Shown: positions 1-15,000 of the stretch, piece by piece
Layout: each line of letters opens with the position of its first letter
How positions within the stretch are numbered: position 1 is the first letter of the stretch
Origin: Thalia democratica
Taxonomy: Eukaryota
DNA: 64,000 bases
NCBI GenBank assembly: GCA_965202585.1
Contig: OZ241829.1
Coordinates: 18,290,001 to 18,354,000, forward strand
Direction of reading: 5' to 3'
The notes under the pieces: generated by a model
Databases searched by the model: none
The model's input: the letters and a program-made list of their open reading frames with translations, nothing else
What the model was told of the DNA's origin: nothing
Made by a program: the position numbers and the translations under genes

Positions 1-16
1 CCTACGTGCTCAAGAG
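1..16 (+). CDS. End of CCP exon G0 (paralog of exon 6323-6517)
   Basis: CCT ACG TGC TCA AGA G|gttg (PTCSR) matches 6502-6517 and its downstream intron. Confidence 0.75.
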
Positions 17-3000
17 GTTGCTGGTTTTTTTAATACTTCTTTTTTTCGAGCTAGCTTCTTTAGAGTTTTGCTTTTTGAGTGGGTTAGTCTCGGTGCTCTT
101 GTTAAGATTTTTGCAAAAATACCATTTTATTTGACTATTTTAGTAATTATTTTTTGATTTATTGCAGTTTGTTATTTATGATTTAGAATTATGATTTTTT
201 GTAAATTGTTTTTATTTAAGATTAGCTAACTTCTTATGGTTTTAGTATAGTAGAAGTTAACTTTTTGTTAAGAAACATAATTTTTTTATGTGAATTTTTT
301 TCTTCTAGAAATAAAAACAAGATTGTTTATTTTCTCTAGCCTTATATTTTTAAAGGTGTCAATTATATACCATTATATGTCAATAAATAAATTTAAATGT
401 GTTTATCAAATTAAAACTAGTCAACAAATAGGTAGTTCATTAAACGATTATATTAAACTGGAGTTATGTCATGTTAAACAACTTTCTAAAATTATAAATT
501 AAAATACTATATATATTCATATAACAATGCGCCAAAATAGCGATATGAATGAAGTTATTAAACGATTAAATTTTGAGTGCTATTCAGGTTTCTGAATGTT
601 ACTTAATTTCTAAGTGTAATCCAATTAATGAAAATACAACAAATTTTCACATAATCATAAGACAAAAGTCCTTGAACTAATATAAATAGTGTCTGACAGA
701 ATTAACTTTAAAACTTTTTTTTGTATGACTATCTTCAAATATAGTAGTGTTATTTAAACTGTTTTTTTTTTAATAAAACAACCTGGCTATTTTTACTGAA
801 CTAAGGATCGAGGATCAAAATGACAATAAAAAAAATTTTCTAAAAATAAAATTATCATTGTTACTGTAACTTAAATAAATTATTCTAACTATAGTGAATC
901 ATAGTTGGTACTTGTGAAACTATGATCCATTTTGATAGAATACATTACTGAACATATCACCCAGCATTGTATATAAAGTTGAAGAAACGATTGTTTACCC
1001 TATTATAAAATAAGCTCAAATAACTGCTTCCATTAGATTAGTTTTTCATAAATATTTGGTAAACTATGTATGATTATTTATAATCATCAAAAGCTGTTAT
1101 TTTAAACAGTTTTTGTCTTTTTTAAAACTTCTTACTTCAATATTTTGGAAATAGTTACGATGCATTGTGACAATATAGTCGGTACGGAGAAACATAAACT
1201 AACTAAAATGCAGAAACCTATAAAACCTAAAATTTTTGTTTTTAGCTTTTTTAAGATATTAACTTTTTGACACAAAAACAAAATAGAGCTAACTTTAAAT
1301 ATTTTTCACATGCCATATGACGATATCACGCTTCGCATTAGTTGCATACTTTTAATCATCCTTCAAAGCGACTTTAATAAAACGGTTGAAAGTCTTAATA
1401 TAGAAATTTTTTTTTTTTTTTAAATAACTATACTTTTTGTAAAAAGTTAGTATTATAAAAATTTTAGTTTATTTTAAGTCTAACAACCTCTGTAAAATAA
1501 CTATTAATCTAAATAGAATATTCTCTTCCCGTTAGTTTATAATGCTAGTCTAATCAACACGTAAAAAAACAATTCATTTTAAGTTATACACTACCTACTT
1601 ACTCTATTGCCTATTGAGAAACTTGTTGTTTTTACGTAATAAAAGTTTTGTTACTATTTTATAACTTTTGTTACGTTTTGCTTAACTTTGTGTTTTAAAA
1701 TTTACAAATTTTTTTCTAAAATATCTAGTGTTTTTGTAGATTGTGGCCCATCACCAACAATACCAAATGCAGAAAAAACTATTAACTTAGAGTATCAAGT
1801 TAATTCAGAAACAATTGAGCAAAGAGTTACTTACACTTGCAGAAATTCGTACTTTTTGGTGCCAGAGTCTGTGAGCACAACTTACAACTGTGTAAATGGT
1901 GGAGACTGGGAGAAGAATGAATTTGAATGTTTAAAAAGTCGGTCAAATTGTTTGTTTCATATAAAACATTACTTTTTCTTTAATGTTGTTGTTAATCAAA
2001 ATAAACAAATTGAACATGTTATAATCTAAAATAAAACTTTAGTAAAGTACTAAAATTTTTAAAAGTTAAACCTGATATTTAACTTATTATGTTTGCTTTT
2101 AGTTGTCAAGAAAATTCAAAACCTTAAATAAATATTATTTTGATAATTGATCCTTATAATAATGCTCAATAGATATATCTGATGTTTTTGTTTTAGGTTC
2201 TATTTCTGAAAAAAAAGTATAATCTAGATGTTGTTTAAGTCGGTCAAGATTACTTAAACCTTTTATTTTTTGCCATGTTTTTATTTTGTAAATTTTCTTG
2301 ATTATGCTTTGAAAAACTATATCATAACGTAATTGTAAAACTTGCTTGTTTCCAAACCAGTGTGCCCATACCCACCTCTCGTAGGCCGGTCCAGCTACAA
2401 GATAATGTACAGCACGGAGGACAAATTGATGATTCCTGGCACAAGAGCCGTCTACTCATGCGATGCTCACCAGACCCTGGAAGGTTCCGACACGATCACT
2501 TGTCAGGACTCAGGCAATTGGGATCGCTCCATACCTCCCGGCTGCACGCCAAGTCAGTTGATGTTTAATTCTGTTTTTTAAGAGTATGGTTAAAAATAAC
2601 TATATGTTTTTAGTTTTATGTTATGTTCAAATTTGCTCTCCAAGTCAGTTTAGTTGAGAGTAAGCTTAAAATAGTAGTCATTACAACTATTTACAAAAAA
2701 AAAACATTTTTTTGTTTTGAAGTTCCATTTTCTTGTTAAATACGAATTAATACCTAGTATTTACAATTTGAAATTATTTCAAGGAATGAAAAAAGTTATG
2801 TAGTTATTAAACACGACTTTACTACGAGTTACATGACAATTCGAATTCGGACAACTCAAATTCCGTCAATTCAAATTCTTAAAAAAATTGTTTAAAAGAT
2901 TATATCTCAAATAGTAATATAAATTTGGAAAAAATAAAATATACATATGTAGATTTTATTAATATCTAAAAGCAACTTATTTTAATTTTTGTAAAATATA

Positions 3001-6000
3001 AAATACTTATCAAGATATTTTAAAATAACTAAAAATAAATATGTATTTTACTTTATTGAAGTCATATCTCAAAAAAAATTTAATTTTTTGCAAAAAGATA
3101 AAAATAGCATGTAAATACTAATATTATTAACATATGTCTTTTTTATTTTCGAGAAATATACATTACATTTTTTTTGTAGCCGTTTCAATGTTTTTTTAAG
3201 AATTTGAATTGTCGGAATTTGAATTGTCCAAATTTGAATAGACGTGCACCCCTCTGCTACTATATAAATAAAATTTAAGAAGTTTTACTAAAAGTCAAAC
3301 TTCTAGTTATCCATTGTGCGCAGGTTGTTAAAAAGCTAATTTGCTTTATATTTGTACGCGTTGCAGTTTTATTTGCATAAGAGGTGCAAGCAAAGCATGA
3401 CAAGCCAAAAAGCTCGGATGAAATTTAAGAAATTCCGTAAAACACGATGGGCTAGGGGTTAAATCAAGCATCAGTTTGTGATAGTTAAAAAAATATGTTA
3501 TACAAACAGCATGTATCTATCATACAATAGATTAAACTAACAATAGGTTAACCACATTTTAGGTAAAACAAGTACATATGTGGTCTACTGACTTACATAT
3601 GTTCTGGAAATATTATAAATATACAAGTTAGGAACATATTAAATCAAACACTACAAACAAAGCTTTGAATAAAAGAGCAAAGAGCAGCACGTTTCAACAA
3701 GCTTCTTGGGAATATCTCACACAACATCCCACTGTGACTTCAAACCATAAAAAAATAGCACTTTTTAGAGATTTGATTGGCAACTAAGAAAATGCAAGTT
3801 AAAAGTTTTACTAAAAATCAGTTAGTTTACATTGTAGGACAAGTCAACCAAACAGAACAAATTATACTCAATATCAAATTAACGTTAAAACTAATATTTA
3901 TAAATATCACTAAACAACTTACATAGACGGTCACAATTAAAAAGATTTTTTTTTAGTTTTGTATAAAATTAATTGATAGTTAGTTACTTTTAAAACTAGT
4001 AAGGTTTTTTATTGATCTTTATAGTACACTTTGTAGTTTTTGTTATTCTTACATTTTTCATAGTATTCTACCTTCTCAGTATGAAAAACTAAACAATACA
4101 GTTAATTATAATTACTAGTACACAAAACTAAATAAGTTAAAATTTTAGTGAAAATAAACCTTTATCTGATTTGAAGCATTTCGAAAAAAATCGCTGCATC
4201 TATTTTTTTTTTTGCAGAGACTTTCCACGTTTACGCATTATCAGCGGGATATCAAGCGTCAACGCAAAGGAACGGAATCATAAAGTGGCAAGGATCCGAT
4301 AATTTGTTCGGGAGCGAAAGAGGCACTGGCGTTGCAATCATAAACCCTTTGACCGACACTGTCCAATACAACAGGTTCGACACCATGCTGGATGAAATTA
4401 TAGTGGGTCATTTTGAATTTATTAGTACATTGATTAAAATATAAAGTAAGAATAAACGATTATGCTAAAACAATTTTGAAGTTTTTTGTCAATTTTAGAT
4501 TAATTGTTTGTTTTTATTTTGTAGAAGAGAACAAAAAGATATGAGAGTGTCGTAATAATTTAACTTTAAGCTTTAAAGGTACCTTAGTTAAATTGTACTT
4601 AGTTCAACAAATTTTATCTCTAGTACCGTAGGATAAAATATTAAAAACGGTTTATAATCAATAATTTTTAATCAGCTTGAACGCATGGCTGCTTTTATCG
4701 AAAACAATTCGACTTACGGTGACGTGATAGTCATGGCAGTCAGAGGAGCGCAAAACCTCCGTCAAAAATTTTCACAAAACTCCAACAATATAATGGCGAA
4801 AATCGGAGTAGACAGAATTGATAGATGCTCATTGGAAACCCTCGGTTATTACTCGTTGTATCATTTTACTGTATTTTTGAAAGTCTAAAAAAATTGTTTA
4901 TTTTTGCATCGTCAAATAAACTCGTATCTAAACTAAAAGTGCAACTTCTTGGCTTAATTTTTTTTAGTTATATTTTTAAAAGTTATTTTTTGATTTATAT
5001 TCATATTTTAATTGCTTATAAATATTGCTCTTCAACAATAAAAATTTTGTAAATACTATAGTTTCTGTACAACTTTTATATAACATATAGTAGTATCAAA
5101 TTTTTACATAGATTTTACCTTAGTCCTTGTAGATTTTTTTAAGAGTATTTATTGCTAAAAAAATAATAAAAAAAGATAAATTATTCTTTCAAACCTATTA
5201 TTTTTCTACACAATTCTACAACTAAAAGCTTCGAAAAAGATAGCTCAATTTCATCACTAAACTTAATTTATTGATAATAAAAAATATATATCTACAAGGA
5301 CAGCAAATGTAAGAATTAGAGCTGATTATTCTAATACAGATGTTGAAACGTTTTTCCAAACATAGGGTAGTAGATTATGTTATAATAAACATTTTAATGC
5401 AATAACTGGCTAAGTAAAACTAAACTTTTTATTGAAAACTACAATTATCAATACCTGCTTCAACAAAAGTATTATTTCAAACAGACACACACCACTCTTG
5501 GGTTGTGGTAACCGGCAGATTTCCAGAACACGCCCCTGTTCCCAGCTGGGCAGAATGCAAAACGAACAGTCTTGTAGCTCTTGAGATCAACAAAACGTTC
5601 TCCTTTGACGGTGAGATTTTTGTTGAACTTTGTACTGTACATTTTCGGCTGGCACAGGCAGTTTTTGTATTTGTAAAACAGAAATAAAAAGTTTTCATCA
5701 AAGTTTTATAAAGCTTGGTATGACAGATGTCAAGGGTAACATATGATGACGTCATAGCGACTACGAGGAAGGTTGAACTACTTTGAACTTTGTTAAAATT
5801 TGTGTTTCGAAACTATATTGTATTAAAACTGTAATAAATATTAATATGAAATGCATCAGAGACCCATGTACTCATGTTGTCTGCACATGACGTCATCTCG
5901 CGAATATTATAATCACTGAAAGTTAATTTTTTTCAAGCTGTCAGCTCCACCTAAAACTTTGACCTATTCGAAAATTATTTAATAAACTAGACTTTTAAAC

Positions 6001-9000
6001 TACTTGTTTTCAGCTTGCCAAAACCCGCCGCCAGTGCTGTACAACGGAGTGTACAGTGACGTAAACCCGGATGAAGAATACTTTGACGGTGAGCTCCTGA
6101 ACTTTACCTGCAACACTGATGCTACTCCCCATCCGTCGAACAACCAAGTCGTCTGCACCACGATGGGATGGAAACACGCTGTCGGCTGTCTCAGAGGTCC
6201 TTTTTAAATTCAATATTTTTCTTTGCAACTTATTAAAAACATCACGCTTTAAATGGCTTTATTTAAATGCTACAGCATTTTGAAAGACAGCTTTTTTACG
6301 TTTAGTTAAATAACCACAACAGAATGCGCTGACCCACCCGAAGGACAAAACGTAGACGTGACAATCACCAAAAAGCTGGAAGGGAAGTGGTTGCCGATGC
6401 CAGAGGCCACCTACCGCTGCATCAACGGTTTGGTGGCTGTCCCCGGTACCACCTATACTTTCACTTGCAATGAGGACAGAAGCTGGCCTCACACTGAGGC
6501 TCCTACGTGCTTAAGAGGTTGCTGGTTTAGTTAATACTTCTTTTTTTTGAGCTAGCTTCTTTAGAGTTTTGCTTTTTGAGTGGTTTTGGCTCGGTGCTCT
6601 TGTTAAGATTTTTGCAAAAATACCATTTTATTTGACTATTTTAGTATTTTTTTTTTGATTTATTGCAGTTTGTTATTTATGATTTAGAATTATGATTTTT
6701 TGTAAATTGTTTTTATTTAAGATTAGCTAAATTCTTATGGTTTTAATATAGTAGAAGTTAACTTTTTGTTAAGAAACATAATTTTTTTATGTGAATTTTT
6801 TTTCTTCTAGAAATAAAAACAAGATTGTTTATTTTCCCTAGCCTTATCTTTTTAAAGGTGTCAATTAAAATAAATTTAAATATGTTTATCAAATTAAAAC
6901 TAGTCAACAAATATGTAGTTCATTAAACGATTATATTAAACTGGTGTTATGTCATGTTAAACAACTTTCTAAAATTATAAATTAAAATACTATATATATT
7001 CATATAAGAATGCGCCAAAATAGCGATATGAATGAAGTTATTGAACGGCAGTAATAGGAATAAATTACAAAACTCCTCATTTTAGTTTGGCGAATAACTT
7101 ACAAATAAAAAACGTGATCTTATTAGTTATCGACCAATATCTACAACAAAAAAATACACTCATGTCAGATATACAGTACAGATGTAAAATGCAGTTAACA
7201 TAAGTTAACAAAAGTAAAAAGTTTATAAGCTTGTGCAAAATTATAAAAACTTACTTTTTGTTTTCTCATTGATTTGAAATTTTATAGTTAGTTTTTTTTT
7301 TCTATTAAGTTTTAAAACTAGTTTAAATACTTATAAAAACAAGTGATGTGTGGTTAAATTATAAAAAGTTGTCAGTAGTGTCGATTAAAATCACTTTTAT
7401 GAAACTTTAATTCTACAATAGCCTAAATAACACATTAAATTTACAGATTGTGGTTTATCACGAGCTATTACAAACGCATTGAAGAGTGTGGATGTAACAG
7501 CTTCAGTTGATTCAGGAGAAGAAGTTGAACTTGAAGTTTCTTACACTTGCCAACAACCGTACTTTTTAGTCCCATATGATCAGGACACCACTCATAGTTG
7601 TGTCAATGGAACCTGGGTTTTTAAAGAATTTGAGTGTTTGAGTGGTAAGTTGGAAATATAAATTATCAAAGTAGTTTTTATTCAAACAATGTGGTAAATG
7701 GTCAAGTATTACACTTTTTTAGTATTTATCTCCAAAAGATTATGACGTTTTGTCACTTTTATATATATTTAGAGTTCTAATTTATTATTATCATTTTATT
7801 GTTTGTTGTGCAATATTGGACTTAGGCATCAGAACATTGGCCTCTTATATAGGACACAAAAAAAGAAAATAAAGACAAAATGAGTTTATATTCAACAGTT
7901 TAACATAAACCAAAAAAAAAAAAAAAATTAAATCTGTAAAGAACTAATTAAAGCTTGAATTTAATGGTTAGTATAAAAGGCGATAACTTGGTATACACAC
8001 AAAAAAGAAAGTACAACTTTATAAATGATTTTTTTATGACATAACACATTTGTATAAATTGAATATAAGAAAAATAATAGTCTGTTAGGGAGGAGGCGTA
8101 GGGAAATAAAAATAATTAAAATTATATACAGAAAATAAAAGTTTCAGTAGTTAATTTAGATGAGATACATATTATAAAAACATAGTTTTTTTATCGGGCT
8201 AACATTGAATTTTACAGATATGTATGATATTTAAAATCAAACTTTATTAGTTTTAACTAAAAATATTCCACCCTTTCACACGATACAACATCTTGTGGTA
8301 ATTTTGCCACATAGTCATTGCTCCGTGAAAAAAATGAACCTTGTCACTGAATGTTGACAAAATTATGTTTACTTCTCATTTTCTATAATTTCTTCTTAAC
8401 TGATATTTATTATGGAAAAACTGAAAAATTGACTGTGAAAAACCTTGTATTTGCTATTTGAAATTTTATAAAGAGTAAATAGACCAAATTTACATCTTCG
8501 ATATTCTAGAGGTTTCAATCTAAGTTTAACTAATCTATCATTATATGATGCATTTATGTTTCACCGATTACACATAAAACTTTGCACAGAATCAGTTTTA
8601 ATAATGTCTTTTTTTTATTTAGGGTGACCGAATTTGGGTACTGTATTCAAGATTAGGACGAATGTATATTTTAAACAGTTTTGTCAGAATAGTAGCTTAA
8701 CTAGTTTTAAAAGTTTTCAATATTTGATGAGACAAACTTTGTGGGATTTTATATAAACAATTTATCTGTTTATTCAATTTTAAATTTTTAGAAGTATATA
8801 TTTCTAAATATTTAAAAATTTTGCTGTTGGTATCTTAGTGTTATTGATTATAAGGTCAATAGAGCATGGTTTGTTTTTTTTAATAGTTAGAGTTTTACAT
8901 ATCTTAGGATTTAAATCAAGTTTTGTTTTTTTTTTAATCATTTGTGGATAGTATCTAGATTCTAAAGTATAATGTCATGAAATATTTGACTCACTAAAAA

Positions 9001-12000
9001 TGTTTGCATCATCTGAAAAAAAACTCATATGACTCTGAATATCAATGTTTGAATTAATGTCGTTAATTTAAATTTAAAAAAGAAGGGGACCAATTACACC
9101 ACCTTGTGATACTCCACTGTACATCGTAAATGGGTCTGACAGAGTACCACACTTTGTGACCTCCCAATTAAAATATTACTGAACCAATTCACTAGGTATT
9201 AATGTAGTCCGTACTAACTCAGAAATTTTAATAACTGCTTGCTTGATACTGAATCGAAAGCTTGTTTAATATTAGCGTAAACTACTTTAATATATTCGTT
9301 TTTTAGATATGGAAATATCCATGAATGTAAGCGTGTAAACCGATGAATATTTTACGAGCGGTTAGGGACAAAACCAAATTGTACATTAGATTGTAAACTA
9401 CAGTCAAAATGTGGTAATGAATTTTTATAGATATAAAGTGTTAAAAAGTTCGAGAAAAGGCACTAGTTAAAGATATTTGCTCACAGTTAAATGTGTTGCG
9501 TTTGTAACATTTCTTATGGACTGGAATGAAAAAAATACATTTTATTTTGTTTTGGTTACTTCTGCTAATACTATTGAGTAATTTAATACTAATGAATGTG
9601 GAAAAATTATTGATGGAATTGTTTACTTAATAAAATAGGACGGGATATTATCTGGGGTTCTAATGATTTTATTTTTTAGGTGGATAATTGAATTTTTAGT
9701 GTTTTTATAAGTTTTAAAAAGTTTTCCATTTCAATATTTTTTTTGACCTAGTTTAAAACTTTGGTTGTTATCATCTTTTTTGAGTAATTTTTGGAAACTT
9801 TTCTTAAAAGTTGAGGTTGTTTAAAATTTCCAAGTTACTATTTTATCTTTATTACTGTCATATAAAACGCAGTTTTGCAATACTTACTTTGAACTTAGAT
9901 ATACGTAATATTAAACTTTTTTTTAATTTAATATTTTTGCAAAATTTTTCCTTAATGTTTAAAATTGTGTTTTTTAACCGGCTAATTGATATTCTATTGA
10001 TTTGTTTTTGTGGTCTTTAGAAAATGATGTATTTATCTTAGGTTTTTTGTTTAGGGTAAATTTTTCTTTTACTAACTTTTTAATGTGAGACGGGTATTTT
10101 TTACTTTTGTTATTTTTAAAATAAGGTGCCAAAAAATTTAAATTGAGGTTTAAATTAAGCTGATGGATTGTAAAAACTATAGTAGACTTATGGTTTTAAT
10201 CTTAAAAATGATTATACTTAGTTTATATGTAACTTTAACGATAAAAATGGTTTTATAAAGTTTAGTTACCTTAATTTTTGGCTTAATTACAGTTATGTTA
10301 CAATTTAAAAAAATGTTCGTTGGTGTTTCAGTTTTGCTTCTATAAAAGATTTTTTTCAATATTTAAAATGTTATTTACCTAGTTAGTCAGCTTTATTATG
10401 TATAAAAATGTTTTTTAAATTAAGTAAAATCTAAAAAAAAACATAATTTTTTTCTTTACTTTTATAAACACATACCAGTATAGTTGTTTTGTATATTGTG
10501 CTTTTATTTAAAGTTTGTCTATTTTCAATTAGAATAAAACTAATATTATTTTTAGATTGTGGATCATCACCAAATATAACAAATTCTGTAAAAAGTAGGG
10601 AAAAAGTTGTTAACGTTAATTCAGATACAACAGTTGAACAAATTGTATCTTACACTTGCGAAGATCAGTACTTTAAAGTACCAGAGTCTGCAGACACTAC
10701 CCATACTTGTGTAAATGGATCTTGGGTTAACAATGAAAAGTTTAAATGTCTGAAAAGTAAGTTAAGTAAAAATACTATTTCCTACCAAACTACTTTTAAT
10801 ATCTACGCGATAAAAGTATTTTAATTAAAAATTGAAAAAAAAATCATTTTTTGAATATGATAACTGAAAGAGAAGTAATTTTTTTAAAGTGAATTTAAAT
10901 TGCTTAAACATCAATACTTAGAATGCAATGAAGTACCAACTATACCAAACACTCATTCTTTCGATATCGTTAATCCAATAAGAAGTGGAGGCTACGATTT
11001 AAGTGGAAGTGAGCTTGAGTATTCATGCAGAGAATATTTCGTGCCAAGAGTTTCAAGAATGACTTGCGGCAAAAACGGTGAATGGACTCCAACTTTTGAG
11101 TGCTATTCAGGTTTCTGAATGTTACTTAATTTCTAAGTGTAATCTAATTAGTGAAAATACAACAAATTTTCACATAATCATGAGACAAAAGTCCTTGAAC
11201 TAATATAAATAGTTTCTAACAAAAGTAACTTTAAAACTTTAATATTTTGTATCATTATCTTCAAATATAGTAGTGTTATTTAAACTGTGTTTGTTTTCTA
11301 ATAAGACAACCTGGCTATTTTTACTGAACATAAGGATCGAGGATCAAAATGACAATAAAAAAAATTTTCTAAAAATAAAATTATCATTGTTACTGTAACT
11401 TAAATAAATTATTCTAACTATAGTGAATCATAGTTGGTACTTGTGAAACTATGATCCATTTTGATAGAATACATTACTGAACATATCACCCAGCATTGTA
11501 TATAAAGTTGAAGAAACGATTGTTTACCCTATTATAAAATAAGCTCAAATTAATTCTTCCGTTAGATTAGTTTTCATAAATTTTTGGTAAACTATGTATG
11601 ATTATTTTTAATCATCAAAATCTGTTATTTTAAACACTTTTGTCTTTTTCAAAACTTCTTACTTCAATATTTTGGAAATAGTTACGATGCATTGTGACAA
11701 TATAGTCGGTACGGAGAAACATAAATTAACTAAAATGCAGAAACCTATAAAACCTAAACTTTTTGTTTTTAGCTTTTTTAAGATATTAACTTTTTGACAC
11801 AAAAACAAATTAGAGCTAACTTTAAATTTTTTTCACATGCCATATGACGGTATCACGCTTCGCATTAGTTGCATACTTTTAATCATCCGTTTAAACGTCT
11901 TTAATAAAAGAGGCGAAAGTCTTAATATAGAAATTTATATAATTTTTTAAAATAACTATACTTTATGTAAAAAGTTAGTATTATAAAAATTTTAGTTTAT

Positions 12001-15000
12001 TTTAAGTCTAACAACCTCTGTAAAATAACTATTAATCTAAATAGAATATTCTCTTCCCGTTAGTTTATAATGCTAGTCTAATCAACACGTAAAAAAACAA
12101 TTCATTTTAAGTTATACACTACCTACTTACTCTATTGCCTATTGAGAAACTTGTTGTTTTTACTTAATAAAATTTTGTTAATATTTTATAACTTTTTTTA
12201 CGTTATGCTTAACTTTATGTTTTAAAACTTACAAATTATTTCTAAAATTTCTAGTGTTTTTGTAGATTGTGGCCCATCACCAACAATACCAAATGCAGAA
12301 AAAACTATTAACTTAGAATATCAAGTTAATTCAGAAATAATTGAACAAAGAGTTACTTACACTTGCAGAAATTCGTACTTTTTGGTGCCAGAGTCTGTTA
12401 ATACAACTTACAACTGTGTAAATGGTGGAGACTGGGAGAAAAATGAATTTGAATGTTTAAAAAGTCGATCAAATTGTTTATTTTCATAAAAAACATTACT
12501 TTTTCTGTAATCTTGTTGTTAATCAAAATAAATAAATTGAAAATGTTGTAATGTAAAATAAAACTTTAGTAAAGTACTAAAAATTGTAAAAGTTAAACCT
12601 GATATTTAACTTATTATGTTTGCTTTAAGTTGTCAAGAAAATTCAAAACCTTAAATAAATAGTATTTTGATAATTGATCCTTATAATAATGCTTAATAGA
12701 TATATCTGATGTTTTTGTTTTAGGTTCTATTTCTGAAAAGAAAGTATAATCTAGATGTTGTTTAAGTCGGTCAAGATTACTTAAACCTTTTATTTTTTGC
12801 CATGTTTTTATTTTGTAAATTTTCTTGATTATGCTTTGAAAAACTATATCATAACGTAATTGTAAAACTTGCTTGTTTCCAAACCAGTGTGCCCATACCC
12901 ACCTCTCGTAGGCCGGTCCAGCTACAAGATAGTGTACAGTACGGACGACAAATTGATGATTCCTGGCACAAGAGCTGTCTACTCATGCGATGCTCACCAC
13001 ACCCTGGAAGGTTCCGACACGATCACTTGTCAGGACTCAGGCGATTGGGATCGCTCTACACCTTTCGGCTGCACGCCAAGTCAGTTGATGTTTAATTCTG
13101 TTTTTTAAGAGCATGGTTAAAAAAACTATATGTTTTTAGTTTTATGTTGTGTTCAAATTTGCTCTCCAAATCAGTTTAGTTGAGAGTAAACTTAAAATAG
13201 TAGTCATTACAACTATTTACAAAAAAAAAAACATTTTTTTGTTTTGAAGTTCCATTTTCTTGTTAAATACGAATTAATACCTAATATTTACAATTTGAAA
13301 TTATTTCAAGGAATGAAAAAAGTTATGTAGTCATTAAACACGACTTTACTACTAGTTACATGACAATTCGAATTCGGACAACTCAAATTCCGTCAATTCA
13401 AATTCTTAAAAAAATTATTTAAAAGATTATATCTCAAATAGTAGTATAAATTTGGAAAAAATAAAATACAGTACACTACCGCTTAAGTACGCAAATTGAA
13501 CCCGACCAAAAATTGCGTACTTAGCAGGATAGTGCGTACTTTTTGATGACATAGTATAATATAAAATTTAGTTGTTGTTTTCTTTTTTACAACTAGCCAC
13601 CAAATAATTAAGCCAAATAAACAAGTCTTTTTACTTTAAATAACATTTAATACATAATTCTAATTTGCAAAATTTTTTAATAGATTTTAAAATGATTTAT
13701 TTTATCTATAAAAAGCTTCTACATAATTAATACATACATTTAATATAGAAGGTCAATGTCAGTCAATGATTAAAAAAAAATATTAAGCTACATTTTGTTT
13801 TGTTAGAGGAAAAGTACCAAACTAAATTGTGTTTACCAAACATTTTTAAAACATCAATGTATGTACATTTAAATTAAATTATGACTTAACTATTTTGTAT
13901 TTGTAGGTTTTTTAACTTTGTCATCTAGATTTATTTATTTTATAGCATTACAGCTCAAATATCATTATTTTTTTTTACTTTTCTGCAACCACTACATGAG
14001 TATTTAGTTTTTTAACATCTAATAACAGGACTGTCACAATCTCAGGCCACTTAGACTATTCAGGATTACTCACCCTAGTTTAAAAGTTGTGAAAAGCTAA
14101 GTCAGCAGGTTGGCCATTCTACCTGGAAAATAAAATAATCTGGAAAAACTTGATGATTGAAAATTTAGGCAAAAAAACAGGAATTTTTTAGAAGTTCTAG
14201 TATAACATCCTTTACTTTGTCTTTCTGGATAAGTGCGTACTTAAGGCGTGATGCGTACCAAAAAAAGTGCGTACTTTAGCGGTAGTATACTGTAGACATA
14301 TGTAGATTTTGTTAATATCTAAAAGCAACTTATTTTAATTTTTGTAAGATCTAAAATATTTATCAAGATATTTTAAAATTACTAAAAATAAATATGTATT
14401 TTACTTTATTGAAGCCATATCTCAAAAAAGATTTAATTTTTTGCAAAAAGATAAAAATAGCATGTAAATACTAATATTATTTACATATGTCTTTTTTATT
14501 TTCGAGAAATATACATTACATTTTTTTTGTGGCCGTTTCAATGTCTTTCTAAGAATTTGAATTGTCGGAATTTGAATTGTCCAAATTTGAATAGACGTGC
14601 ACCCCTCTACTACTATATAAATAAAATTTAAGAAGTTTTACTAAAAGTCAAACTTCTAGTTATCCATTGTGCGCTGGTTGTCAAAAAGCTAATTTGCTAT
14701 ACATTTGTACGCGTGGCAGTTTTATTTGCATTAGAGCTGCAAGCAAAACATGACCAGCCAAAATGCTCGGATGAAATTTAAGAAATTCCGTAAAAAAACG
14801 GTGAGCTAAGGTTTAAATCAGGCACCAGTTTGGGAAAGTTCTAAAAATATGTTATACAAACAGCACGTATCTATCATACACTATTAGCTGGTAGCAGTCC
14901 AGGATGGTTAACCACATTTTAGGTAAAACAAGCTCATATTTAGCTTACCGACCAAATATATTGCCTACATATGTTCTGGAAATATTATAAATATACAAGT

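Noticed and set aside
290-502. AT-rich F/I/K/L ORFs (also 9811, 10177, 15149, 16838, 18023, 19281, 27502, 29169 and copies)
   Set aside because: Composition is that of intronic AT-rich DNA. They recur only because of the duplications.
3313-3327. Exact 15-nt inverted match to 61021-61035
   Set aside because: A match of this length can arise by chance in a 64-kb self-comparison, and the flanks do not extend.
5747-5895. Two TGACGTCA (CRE) palindromes in an intron
   Set aside because: An 8-mer alone is not evidence of regulation, and the context may be a repeat.
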